From: Porphyrobacter sp.
GTDB lineage: Bacteria > Pseudomonadota > Alphaproteobacteria > Sphingomonadales > Sphingomonadaceae
Length of the DNA stretch: 64,000 nt
Direction of reading: 5' to 3'
NCBI GenBank assembly: GCA_027533455.1
Contig: JAPZUC010000005.1
Coordinates: 30,175 to 94,174 of the forward strand
The notes beneath the pieces were generated by a model. The model had not been told where the DNA came from. It searched no databases and saw only the letters and a list, made by a program, of their open reading frames with translations. Shown here piece after piece: positions 9,430 to 18,341 of this stretch (the stretch's first letter is position 1; the number at the start of each line of letters is the position of its first letter). The translations under genes and the position numbers were made by a program.

Positions 9430-10637
9430 TGCGCCACCAGAGTGATGCGTTCGATCACGTTGCGGGCATAGCCCGAAGGGTTCCAGACGAGCGCGTCGGG
9501 CTGTGACAAGCCATTGGCATTGGTCGACTTCGCACCGATTCCGGTCAGGTTGCCTGACACATTCGGCAGCGTCACGCTCCAGCGGCGAAAGGCATAGGGG
9601 CCGTGTTCGTCCGGCCCGAGTTCGCATGGGACGCTCCACCCGTCGCCCACCAGTTCGACCTTGGCGAGACCCTTGTCCCCGCCGAACGCCAGCCCCTCTA
9701 GCGTCAACGGTGTGCCCTTCGTCACCGTGTCGCCATCGGCATGGCTGGTGATAAAGCTGCGCGGCGGCATCGCGGTGATGGGAGCAGTCGGGAAGTCCTT
9801 ACTCTCGGGCGTCACTGGCACCTTGGGCCAGCGGTAAGTATCTGCCATATAATGGCTTTCGTCCTCATGCTCGAGCACCTCTATGGTGCTCAGCATCTTC
9901 ACCCAATAGGTCGAGAACCAGCCCGGCACGACGATCCGCAATGGGAAGCCGTGGAGGATCGAAAGCGGCTCGTCGTTCATCGCCCAGGCGACCAGCACAT
10001 CATTGCTCTGGGCCATCTGTGTGGGCAGGGATTTGATGAACTGCGGCGCGCCATCGGTCAGCGGCACGTCGAGACCGGCGAAGCGGACACGCTTCGCACG
10101 GGGCGAGATGCCGCCTGCCTTGGCGAGCACATCGCGCAGCCGCACCCCGGTCCACTTCGCGCAGGCCATCGCACCGTTGCCCCACTGGGTGCCGGTCACG
10201 CGAGGGGTCGACAGACCGCGCCCGTTGCCCGCACACTGGTTGACGGCGACGATCGAGACATGCTCGCCGGCCGCTGCGATCTCGTCGAGCGTCAGCGAAA
10301 CCGCTTTCTTCACCGCGCCGCCCACCGCCACGCGGTGCTCGCCCGCCTTCACTTCGGTGGGCATCGCCCAGTTCCAGCGGACGAAATGGCGGTCGTTGGG
10401 AGTGATCACGCCCTCGCGGAACGCCTCCATCGGGGCCTCCAGCAGTGGCGGGCGGATGCGCTGAACGATCATCTCGCGCTTGCCTGGAAAGTCTGGGGTG
10501 GTGGGGCGCAAGCTCGGCCCGCCGGGCAGGGCAAGGTCGATCATCCCGCCGCCCAGCTTCGCTAGCGCCGGTGCGGCCAGTGCCGTCGTCCCTGCGCCTG
10601 CAATGAGCGCGCGGCGGGTGAGGCGGCCCTCCGTCAT
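9426..10637 (-). CDS. Periplasmic sulfite oxidase-family molybdoenzyme (SorA/SorT-like sulfite dehydrogenase)
   Basis: Tat leader LTRRALIAG, Mo-ligand Cys in NQCAGNGR, WTGVRLRDVL, HGFPLRIVVPGW and C-terminal WNPSGY. Confidence 0.85.
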   Translation of the reverse strand: MTEGRLTRRALIAGAGTTALAAPALAKLGGGMIDLALPGGPSLRPTTPDFPGKREMIVQRIRPPLLEAPMEAFREGVITPNDRHFVRWNWAMPTEVKAGEHRVAVGGAVKKAVSLTLDEIAAAGEHVSIVAVNQCAGNGRGLSTPRVTGTQWGNGAMACAKWTGVRLRDVLAKAGGISPRAKRVRFAGLDVPLTDGAPQFIKSLPTQMAQSNDVLVAWAMNDEPLSILHGFPLRIVVPGWFSTYWVKMLSTIEVLEHEDESHYMADTYRWPKVPVTPESKDFPTAPITAMPPRSFITSHADGDTVTKGTPLTLEGLAFGGDKGLAKVELVGDGWSVPCELGPDEHGPYAFRRWSVTLPNVSGNLTGIGAKSTNANGLSQPDALVWNPSGYARNVIERITLVAQ

Positions 10638-11248
10638 GCGTCCGCTCCCTCCAGACGGGCGATCAGCGCGCCGATTTCAGCGACTTCGAGGCCATGGACG
10701 GCGATCAGATCGCCGATATCGTCGATCCGCGCCATCTCGCCATCATCGCGCATGATCGAGCAGATCACCGCCGCATCGCCCGCGCCCGCAAGGCGAGACA
10801 GGTCGATCGAAGCCTCGCAGGCCGAAGCCCGCTCCAGCACCCCGCCTGCCTTCGCGATCAGCGGGAAGACATGGCCGGGGGAGTGAATGTGCGCGGATGT
10901 GGCCGCTTCGGCAATTGCGACCTGCACGGTATGCGCGCGGTCTGCGGCGGATATGCCGGTGGAGACGCCTTCCGACGCCTCGATCGAGCGGGCGAAAGGC
11001 CGCCCGGTCTGGCGATCAGGCCCGGGGTTGACGAGGCTGAGGCTGAGCTGCCCGGCCCGCTCCGGCGTCACCGCAAGGCAGATCAACCCGCGTCCGTGGG
11101 TTGCCATGAAGTTGATCGCTTCGGGCGTGACGTGCTTGGCGGCGATCATCAGATCGATGTCGCCGCCACGCAACCGGTCGCCCGCGATGACGACGATCCG
11201 CCCGGCGGCAATCGCTGCCAGCGCCTTTTCAAGCGCGCCGCTCATCAC
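10634..11248 (-). CDS. RibB (DHBP synthase)-fold protein with degenerate active site
   Basis: INFMATHGRGLICLA, GVSTGISAADRA and PGHVFPL are RibB-like, but the RENEGD, GHTE and CE motifs are altered. Confidence 0.75.
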   Translation of the reverse strand: MMSGALEKALAAIAAGRIVVIAGDRLRGGDIDLMIAAKHVTPEAINFMATHGRGLICLAVTPERAGQLSLSLVNPGPDRQTGRPFARSIEASEGVSTGISAADRAHTVQVAIAEAATSAHIHSPGHVFPLIAKAGGVLERASACEASIDLSRLAGAGDAAVICSIMRDDGEMARIDDIGDLIAVHGLEVAEIGALIARLEGADA

Positions 11249-11817
11249 GCAAGATCCCGTCCGGCGGCGAAGCTCTTCGCGCCCAGCACCACCTGCTTGC
11301 CGACCAGTTCCAGCTGCCCGCGCGCGCGTTCATCAAGGCATTCGCCATCGGGGGAGAACAGGCCCTGATAGGTGCGGATCGTCGCCCCCATCGGGGTCGG
11401 CCAGCCGCGCAGTGCATGGGTGATGGCGCGCATGGTCAGCAGCGTGCTCATGGAGGCCTGATCGCCGAAAGCGGTGGCGATGAGGCCCACCGCGCGGCCA
11501 TCGAGATAGGGGCGCTCGTCGCACGCAAGGTCCTCAAGGTAATCGAGCGCGTTCTTGACCACGCCCGAGATCGTGCCGTGATAGCCTGGGGCAGCGACGA
11601 GAATTCCGTCCGCCGCGCGCACCGCCTCCACCATCTCGGCGCCCATCGCGGTAGTGTAGCCCGGCCCGCGATAATGGGCGAGCGCGGCCATGTATTCGCC
11701 GCCGAACACCGTCACCTCGGCGCCATCGGCTGCGGCGACGCTGGCGGCAAGGCGCAGCGCCTGCTCAGTCGAGGAGCCGGGGTTTACCGTGCCGCCGAGG
11801 GCTACGATTCGGGTCAT
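11245..11817 (-). CDS. NAD(P)H-dependent FMN reductase (SsuE/MsuE-like)
   Basis: GGTVNPGSST phosphate loop, PGYHGTISGVVKNALD and C-terminal GWPTP. Confidence 0.85.
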   Translation of the reverse strand: MTRIVALGGTVNPGSSTEQALRLAASVAAADGAEVTVFGGEYMAALAHYRGPGYTTAMGAEMVEAVRAADGILVAAPGYHGTISGVVKNALDYLEDLACDERPYLDGRAVGLIATAFGDQASMSTLLTMRAITHALRGWPTPMGATIRTYQGLFSPDGECLDERARGQLELVGKQVVLGAKSFAAGRDLA

Positions 11818-13304
11818 GCTAGGGAAGTCCTTTCAGAGAGGTAGGCCGCGAGGCGCGCGGTTTGTTCGGGCGTGAAGTGGAGGCCGAGCTTGGTGCGCCG
11901 CCACAGGATGTCTTCGGCGGTCTGCGCCCATTCGCTGGCGACAAGGTAATCGATTTCGGCAGCGGTCATACCGTGGCCGAAATCTTCACCAAGATCGGCG
12001 CGGGTTTTGGCATTCCCGAGAAAGCCGAAGGCCAACGTGCCGTAAAGGCGGATCAGGCGATGCGCTTCGACCGGCGAGAGGAAAGGGTAGCGGCGCTCAA
12101 GTTCCGCCATTTTCGCTCCCGCCTCGGTCATACCGAAATCGCCGCCGGGCAAGGATGCGGTGCCGGTCCAGTCCTTGCCTGTCAGCTTGGGCAGGAAGGG
12201 AGCAAGCTGCTCGACCGCTTCGGCTGCGAGGTGGCGGTAGGTTGTGATCTTGCCGCCGAACACCGACAGCAGCGGCGCTTCACCCTCCGCTCCGCCGTCG
12301 ATCTCGAAGCGGTAGCCACGGGTTGCCGCCTCGGGCTTGCCGGAACCATCATCGACCAGCGGACGCACGCCGGAATAGGTCCACACCACATCCGCCGGGG
12401 TTACGGGCTTGCGGAAATATTCGGAGGCGCCTTCGCACAGATAGGCGATCTCCTCGGCGCTGGCCTTCACCTCGGCCAAGCTGCCTTCGTGATCGACATC
12501 GGTGGTGCCGATCAGGGTGAAATCCTCTTCGTAAGGAATGGCGAAGAAGATGCGCCCGTCGGGCAGCTGGAAGAAATAGGCGTATTCGTGGTCGAACAGC
12601 TTGCGCACCACGATATGCGATCCGCGCACCAACCGCATCTTCTGCGCCGAAGGCTCGCCCGCGCGGCCCAGCAGGTCGAGCACGCGCGGGCCAGCGGCGT
12701 TGACCACGGCGCGGGCACGGAAGACCTTGCCGCCCGCTTCGATCCGCCACAGATCGCCTTCGCGCGTCAGGGCTGTGACTTCGCAGCGGGTGCGCACCTC
12801 GGCACCCCTGTCGGCAGCATCGCGGGCGTTGAGGATGACGAGGCGGGCATCGTCCACCCAGCCATCGGAATAGGCGAAGGCGCGGGTATATTGCGGCTTC
12901 AGCGGTGCGCCTGCGGGGTGGCGCGTCAGGTCGACGCCCTCGGCCGAAGGCAGGCGCTTCCTGCCGCCGATATGGTCATAGAGGAACAGCCCCAGCCGCA
13001 GCAGCCAGCGCGGGCGCAGGCCAGGGCGGTGGGGCAGGATGAAACGCAGCGGCCAGATGATGTGCGGCGCAATGCCCCACAGAACCTCGCGCTCGGAAAG
13101 GCTCTCGCGCACCAGAGCGAACTCGTAATGCTCGAGATAGCGCAGCCCGCCGTGGATCAGCTTGGTGGAGTTGGACGAGGTGCCCGTCGCCAGATCGCCG
13201 CGTTCCAGCAGCAGCACCTTGGCGCCGCGCCCGGCGGCATCGCGTGCAATCCCTGCGCCGTTCACGCCGCCGCCGATCACCGCAAGGTCATAGATCTGGC
13301 TCAC
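11814..13304 (-). CDS. glpD: FAD-dependent glycerol-3-phosphate dehydrogenase family protein
   Basis: IGGGVNGAGIARDAAGRG, TSSNSTKLIHGGLRYLE, YSGVRPL and GGKITTYR; start moved to GTG 13304 (GTGA overlap). Confidence 0.85.
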   Translation of the reverse strand: MSQIYDLAVIGGGVNGAGIARDAAGRGAKVLLLERGDLATGTSSNSTKLIHGGLRYLEHYEFALVRESLSEREVLWGIAPHIIWPLRFILPHRPGLRPRWLLRLGLFLYDHIGGRKRLPSAEGVDLTRHPAGAPLKPQYTRAFAYSDGWVDDARLVILNARDAADRGAEVRTRCEVTALTREGDLWRIEAGGKVFRARAVVNAAGPRVLDLLGRAGEPSAQKMRLVRGSHIVVRKLFDHEYAYFFQLPDGRIFFAIPYEEDFTLIGTTDVDHEGSLAEVKASAEEIAYLCEGASEYFRKPVTPADVVWTYSGVRPLVDDGSGKPEAATRGYRFEIDGGAEGEAPLLSVFGGKITTYRHLAAEAVEQLAPFLPKLTGKDWTGTASLPGGDFGMTEAGAKMAELERRYPFLSPVEAHRLIRLYGTLAFGFLGNAKTRADLGEDFGHGMTAAEIDYLVASEWAQTAEDILWRRTKLGLHFTPEQTARLAAYLSERTSLA

Positions 13305-14398
13305 CGGATCACCCACTCGGCAAAGGCGAGCGCCGTCACGAGCGAAGCGATGGTCGCCGCCAGCACCGGCATTACCGACCGCCAGCCGAGGCCGAGCAGA
13401 AGGTCAGTGCGGGTGCGCATTGCGGTGGCGGTAACCGCGATCAGAAGCAAAGTCTTGGACAAGGTCAGCGCGGCGCCGGCGATCTCGGCGGGCAGAGTGA
13501 CGAGCGAGTTCAGCCCCACCAGCGCCAGAAAGGCGAGGATGAAGCCCGGCAGCACCGGCACCCGCGCACGGCCCACGCCCGCGGGCAGCGGCTGGACGCG
13601 CGCGATCCACAGGGCGGCGAGCGTCACCAGCGGCGCCAGCAGGGCGACACGGGTGAGCTTCACCACGGTCGCCTGTGCGCCGGCCGCGTCGGACACGGCG
13701 AAGCCTGCGCCGATCGCTTGCGCAACGTCATGGATCGATGCCCCAACAAGGAAGCCCGCCTGCGCATCCGAAAAGCCGAGCATCTGGGTGAGCGGCGGAT
13801 AGGCGATCAGCGCGATGGCGCTGGCAGCGGCGAGGATCACCAGTGTCAGCGTGAACTGCGCCTGGTCGATCCGCTCGCGCCCGATCACGCCGTATAGCGC
13901 CAGCGCGGCCGAGGCTCCGCAGATCGCGGTCGCGCCGCCGCCGAGCAGGCCGATGGCGGGGCTTTGCCGCGTAAACCGCGCGGCGGCGAGGGCGGCGACC
14001 AGCGCCGATATCATCACCAGCGCAAGGCCGATGAAAGGCACCAGCCCCATCGCCACCACCTGCATCACCGTGACCTGAAAGCCGAGCAGCGCGATGCCTG
14101 CGCGAAGGCCGTGGCGCGACACCGCGTCCAGCCCGTCATGCGTGCGCGGATCACCGGAGGCGAAGTTGAGCGACAGGCCCAGCAGCAGTCCGGCAAGGAT
14201 CACCGGCACGCCGTAATTCTGGGCAAGCCATGCGGCAGCAGCGCCCGCGATGGCCGAGATGGCAAGCCCGGGAATGAAGCGCGAGAGCGGCTTCTTTTCC
14301 GCTTTGCCCGCGCCTGTCGCAGTGGTGTCGGCGAGCATGATTTCGCCGTACAGATCGCCTGCAAAAGCCTCGAAATCGGGGGCTGGCCCACGCTTCAT
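13301..14398 (-). CDS. YeiH/putative sulfate exporter family membrane protein
   Basis: ICGASAALA, GASIHDVAQAIGAG and VKLTRVALL; about 10 TM segments. Confidence 0.85.
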   Translation of the reverse strand: MKRGPAPDFEAFAGDLYGEIMLADTTATGAGKAEKKPLSRFIPGLAISAIAGAAAAWLAQNYGVPVILAGLLLGLSLNFASGDPRTHDGLDAVSRHGLRAGIALLGFQVTVMQVVAMGLVPFIGLALVMISALVAALAAARFTRQSPAIGLLGGGATAICGASAALALYGVIGRERIDQAQFTLTLVILAAASAIALIAYPPLTQMLGFSDAQAGFLVGASIHDVAQAIGAGFAVSDAAGAQATVVKLTRVALLAPLVTLAALWIARVQPLPAGVGRARVPVLPGFILAFLALVGLNSLVTLPAEIAGAALTLSKTLLLIAVTATAMRTRTDLLLGLGWRSVMPVLAATIASLVTALAFAEWVIR

Positions 14399-14479
14399 GC
14401 CTGATCGATCCTGCTCTGTCTCACGGTGTCACATCCCTATCCCGCACCGCATTCCTTTGCAACCATAGGCGGTGCGCGG

Positions 14480-15745
14480 TCAGTCGAACAGGCCTGCGTC
14501 TTCCACCGGGCGGCGGATCTCGGGAAGCAGCCACTGGAACCACGCCAGCGCCACGAGATAGGACCCGGCGGCGAAGACGAACAGCGGCACGAAGCCGAAG
14601 CCCGCATCGAGCACGCGGCCCGTTACCAGGCTGATCGTCACCCCGCCCATATTGCCCATGAACGCGCCGAACGCCGTCACCCGCCCGACCTTCGCGCCGG
14701 GCACCACATCGGTAATGGTCGAAAACAGCGAGAGCGAGAAGCCCTGATGTCCGGCCATGACCACGCCGATCATCACCGCCACCGGCCAGAAGGAATTGAG
14801 GCTCAGCACCAGCGGCAGCGGCAGCACGATCAGCGCACACCCCAGCATCACGCTCTTGCGGACACGGTTAGGGCTCCACCCGGCCTCCAACAGCCGCGTC
14901 GAAGCCCAGCCCGCCAGCAGCGCGCCGAGGCCTGATCCGGCAAAGGCGATGGCGAGCGGCACCGCTAGTTCAAGGGTCGAGAAACCGAAGACCTTGCGGT
15001 AGTAATCGGCGAGCCAGAAATTGATGAACCACCAGGTCATGTCCGACAGTGCCTTGGCGACGACGATCGCCCAGGTCTGGCGGTTCATCAGGATCGGACC
15101 ATAGGCCTCGCCCCCGGCGATCTCTGCTGCCGAGGTGCCGCCTCGCTCGTTGAGCTGCGACAGGCCACGCGCCAGCCACATCCACGCCAGAAGCGACAGA
15201 AAACCGCCGATCCCGCCTGCCACCAGCGCTCCGCGCCAGCCCACCGCCAATGCCAAAGCCGGAATGACAAACGGCATCCCGATTGTCCCCGCGCCGGCAA
15301 GCAGGGTGGCAAAGCCGAAGGCGAAGCTGCGCTTGTCGGGCGGGAACAGGGTGGCGACGGTCTTGATGGTCAGCGGCGTCTGTACCGCTTCGGTCACGCC
15401 CAGTCCGATGCGGGCGGCGACCACGTGGGCGGTCGTCATCGCCCAGCCGTGGGCCATCGCGGCGATCGACCAAGCGCTCGCGCCGACCTGCATCGACCGG
15501 TTGACCCCCAGCCGGTCGACCAGCCAGCCGGTGAACAGGAAGGCAAAAGCCGCGGAGAACTGCGTGACGGCTGCCAGATCGCCGAACTGGGTATCATCCC
15601 AGTTGAAGGCCGCCATCATGTCCGGCTTCAAGATGGCGATGATCGGCCGGTCCATCGCGTTGAATACCCCCGCGATGCACAGCACCGTGAACAGCGACCA
15701 GCGCAGCCGGGCGGAGATTGGCGAGGGGTGGGCAGCGGCCATCAC
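14480..15745 (-). CDS. MFS transporter, ExuT/ACS-like; candidate sulfoquinovose importer
   Basis: MDRPIIAILKP, GWLVDRLG, RIGLGVTEA and LFPPDKRSFA; 12-TM pattern. Confidence 0.8.
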   Translation of the reverse strand: MMAAAHPSPISARLRWSLFTVLCIAGVFNAMDRPIIAILKPDMMAAFNWDDTQFGDLAAVTQFSAAFAFLFTGWLVDRLGVNRSMQVGASAWSIAAMAHGWAMTTAHVVAARIGLGVTEAVQTPLTIKTVATLFPPDKRSFAFGFATLLAGAGTIGMPFVIPALALAVGWRGALVAGGIGGFLSLLAWMWLARGLSQLNERGGTSAAEIAGGEAYGPILMNRQTWAIVVAKALSDMTWWFINFWLADYYRKVFGFSTLELAVPLAIAFAGSGLGALLAGWASTRLLEAGWSPNRVRKSVMLGCALIVLPLPLVLSLNSFWPVAVMIGVVMAGHQGFSLSLFSTITDVVPGAKVGRVTAFGAFMGNMGGVTISLVTGRVLDAGFGFVPLFVFAAGSYLVALAWFQWLLPEIRRPVEDAGLFD

Positions 15746-15794
15746 GGGTTCCTAACGGGGCAGGGCGGACAAGAGCAAGCGTTGGCCGAGACAC

Positions 15795-15822
15795 AAAAGG
15801 CCGCCGGATCGCTCCGACGGCC
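15795..15822 (-). terminator. Intrinsic terminator/attenuator downstream of TonB receptor
   Basis: Minus strand GGCCGTCGGA-GCGA-TCCGGCGGCC followed by TTTT. Confidence 0.7.
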
Positions 15823-15847
15823 CTTGTGTTGTCATCGCCGGAGCGGA

Positions 15848-18175
15848 TCAGCGCGTCCGGACGCGCAGGCTCACGCCGAAGTAACGGTCGGCATCGCGTG
15901 GGATCTGCAGGCGGCGTCCGCCCTCGAGGTTAAGCAGCACGTAGCTCTCGTCCATGATGTTGCGGGCGTGCAAGGTCACACGATACTTGTCGTCCGCATC
16001 CGAAACGCCGATCGAGGCGTTCCACATCCCGTAAGGATCGATCCGGGTCGTGGCCGCCTGGCCAAGATCCGAATACTGGGTGCTGGTGTGGCGGTAATCG
16101 GTGTTGAGGTACAGCACCGCCGCATCGCCCAACTCCTTCGTGTAATCCCCGCCGATGGTATAAACGAACTCGGGCGCTAGCGGCAGCTTGGTCCCGTTGC
16201 GCGCGTCTGCCGCGCCGGTGGTGGGGTTCGGGTTGAACGCCTTGACCCGGGCATCGGCATAGGCTGCGCTGGCGCGCAGGTTCAGGCCGTCTAAGGGATT
16301 GATTACGAGGTCGGCTTCGAAGCCTTCGCTCTTGACCGTGCCCGCGTTGGTCAGGTTCGACACCGTCGCAGTGTTGACGACGATGAAGTTGTTCGCCTGG
16401 AACCCGTCATACTCGACCGTGAAGGCAGCAAGGTTGAACTGCACGCGGTCATCGAAGAACTGCGACTTCATCCCGATTTCGAAGCTGTCGGACAGCTCTT
16501 CGGAAATCGGCACCGCGTTGTTGGGCGCGGTGTGGTTGAAGAACACGTTGAAGGCCGGGCCCTTGTAGCCGCGGGTGTAGGACCCGTAGAACATAAGGTC
16601 GTCGCTCGGCTGGTATTGCAGAACGGCCTTGCCCGAAAGGTTGCCGTTGGTGGTCTCACCGCGGCTGGTATTGGTGCCATTGCCGCCGCTGGCAAGCGTT
16701 CCACCAGCCGGGTTGAGGTTGGTGCCCGGGCCAGCAGCCGGCAGGCCGGTGGCAAGGTTGATGGCCGGCGCGCGGGTGTGGGTGAATGCGAGATCATCCC
16801 AAGTGTAGCGCAGTCCACCGGTCAGCGAGAGCTGTTCGGTGAGGCGATAGGTCGCCTGCGTGAACACCGCGTAGTTCTGCGAACGCACGTCGCTGCGCGA
16901 GGTGGCCGAAGGGAACAGGGTGTTCACCGTGTCGGCCAGATTGCAGGGGACAGCCCCGCCAGGCAACGCCGCCAAGGTCGACGAGGCGCAGGTCACACCA
17001 TTGCGGGTGAAGTCCTGCGAGTTGTCCGATTGCCACGCGAACACGCCCGCCTGATAGAAGAACGGCTTGGTCTGGTCCGAAGCGATACGGATTTCGGCCG
17101 AGAGCTGCTCGGTCTTGACCACGCCGAGATCGTGCAGCTGGCCCGCCGTGGTGATCGCGCGCGGCAGGAAGTCGCCTTCGCGGTTTTCGGTGTTTTCCCA
17201 GTTGCGATAGCCGAGCACCGCACTGAGAGTGTGGGTGTCGCTGATCTCGAAATCGCCCGTCGCGGTCAGGCTCCACTGCTGGTCCTGCGTGCGGGTGTCG
17301 AGGTCGTGATTGACGAAGCGCTGGTCTTCACCAAGCGCCACGCCGCCGGGCAGAGCGAGCAGGGCATCGGCCACCGCGCCGCGGCTGGCGCCGGTCACGT
17401 CGGTGCAGCAATCGTCATCGGCGTTGTAGTAATCGGCGATCAGGCGCACGCGGTTGGCGCCGTCGTCGTAATCCATGATCCCGCGAACGCCATAGCGCTC
17501 GTAGCCGTTCACCTTGTTGTTGCGGCCGCCGTTGATGTTGGTGATGTTGCCATCGAAGGTGCCGTAGAAGCCGGTCAGGCGGGCGCTCAGGTTTTCACCG
17601 ATCGGGCCGGAGATCGCGGCGCGCAGGCGGTATTCCTCACCCTCGAACCAGTCGGCGTTGAATTCGCCTTCCAGCGTATCGGTGCCGCCCTTCGAGACAA
17701 TGTTGACGAGGCCGGCCGAGGCGTTACGGCCGAATAGCGTGCCCTGCGGGCCGCGCAGCACTTCGAGCCGTTCGAGATCGACGAGATCCATGAAGGCCTG
17801 ACCGGAACGCGAAAGCACCACACCATCGACAACGGTGGACACACTCGGCTCAGCCGCGACCGAGAAGGAGATGGTGCCGACGCCGCGCATCACGATCGCG
17901 CTGTTGGCGCTGGTGGTGCCCTTACGGAAGGTCACCGAGGGAACGACGGTCGAGACATTCTCGAGGCTGATGACGCCCGCCTGCTGCAGCCGGTCAGCCG
18001 AAACTGCGGCGATCGCGATCGGCACGTCCTGGACGTTTTCCTTGACCTTCTGAGCGGTTACAATGATTTCCTCGACCTGCGCAAAGGCCGGTGCGGCGGT
18101 GGCGAAAGCCAGCGTGCTGGCGGACAGGGCCAGTGCCTTGAGCGCAAGACGGTGCGCGATTCGGGTGGTCGGCAT
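15848..18175 (-). CDS. TonB-dependent receptor of the sulfoquinovose locus
   Basis: Signal peptide, TonB box EEIIVTAQK and plug LERLEVLRGPQGTLFGRNA; start moved to ATG 18175 behind AGAGGGGAG. Confidence 0.9.
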   Translation of the reverse strand: MPTTRIAHRLALKALALSASTLAFATAAPAFAQVEEIIVTAQKVKENVQDVPIAIAAVSADRLQQAGVISLENVSTVVPSVTFRKGTTSANSAIVMRGVGTISFSVAAEPSVSTVVDGVVLSRSGQAFMDLVDLERLEVLRGPQGTLFGRNASAGLVNIVSKGGTDTLEGEFNADWFEGEEYRLRAAISGPIGENLSARLTGFYGTFDGNITNINGGRNNKVNGYERYGVRGIMDYDDGANRVRLIADYYNADDDCCTDVTGASRGAVADALLALPGGVALGEDQRFVNHDLDTRTQDQQWSLTATGDFEISDTHTLSAVLGYRNWENTENREGDFLPRAITTAGQLHDLGVVKTEQLSAEIRIASDQTKPFFYQAGVFAWQSDNSQDFTRNGVTCASSTLAALPGGAVPCNLADTVNTLFPSATSRSDVRSQNYAVFTQATYRLTEQLSLTGGLRYTWDDLAFTHTRAPAINLATGLPAAGPGTNLNPAGGTLASGGNGTNTSRGETTNGNLSGKAVLQYQPSDDLMFYGSYTRGYKGPAFNVFFNHTAPNNAVPISEELSDSFEIGMKSQFFDDRVQFNLAAFTVEYDGFQANNFIVVNTATVSNLTNAGTVKSEGFEADLVINPLDGLNLRASAAYADARVKAFNPNPTTGAADARNGTKLPLAPEFVYTIGGDYTKELGDAAVLYLNTDYRHTSTQYSDLGQAATTRIDPYGMWNASIGVSDADDKYRVTLHARNIMDESYVLLNLEGGRRLQIPRDADRYFGVSLRVRTR

Positions 18176-18341
18176 AGTGTAATTCTCCCCTCTGGACATG
18201 ATCAGCTCTTTCGGGCGGGTGTTGCAGATTTCCGCCCGTGCGGTCGATCTTTGGCCTGTCGGGTTGCGCTGCCGGCTCGGCTATGTCAAGCGGTGTCAGA
18301 GCGAGCCAAGGGACAGGCCGGCAAAGGAATCCGGGACGGGA

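Noticed and set aside
11862-13802. 646-aa plus-strand ORF
   Set aside because: Antisense shadow of glpD/YeiH with no motifs; typical of high-GC DNA
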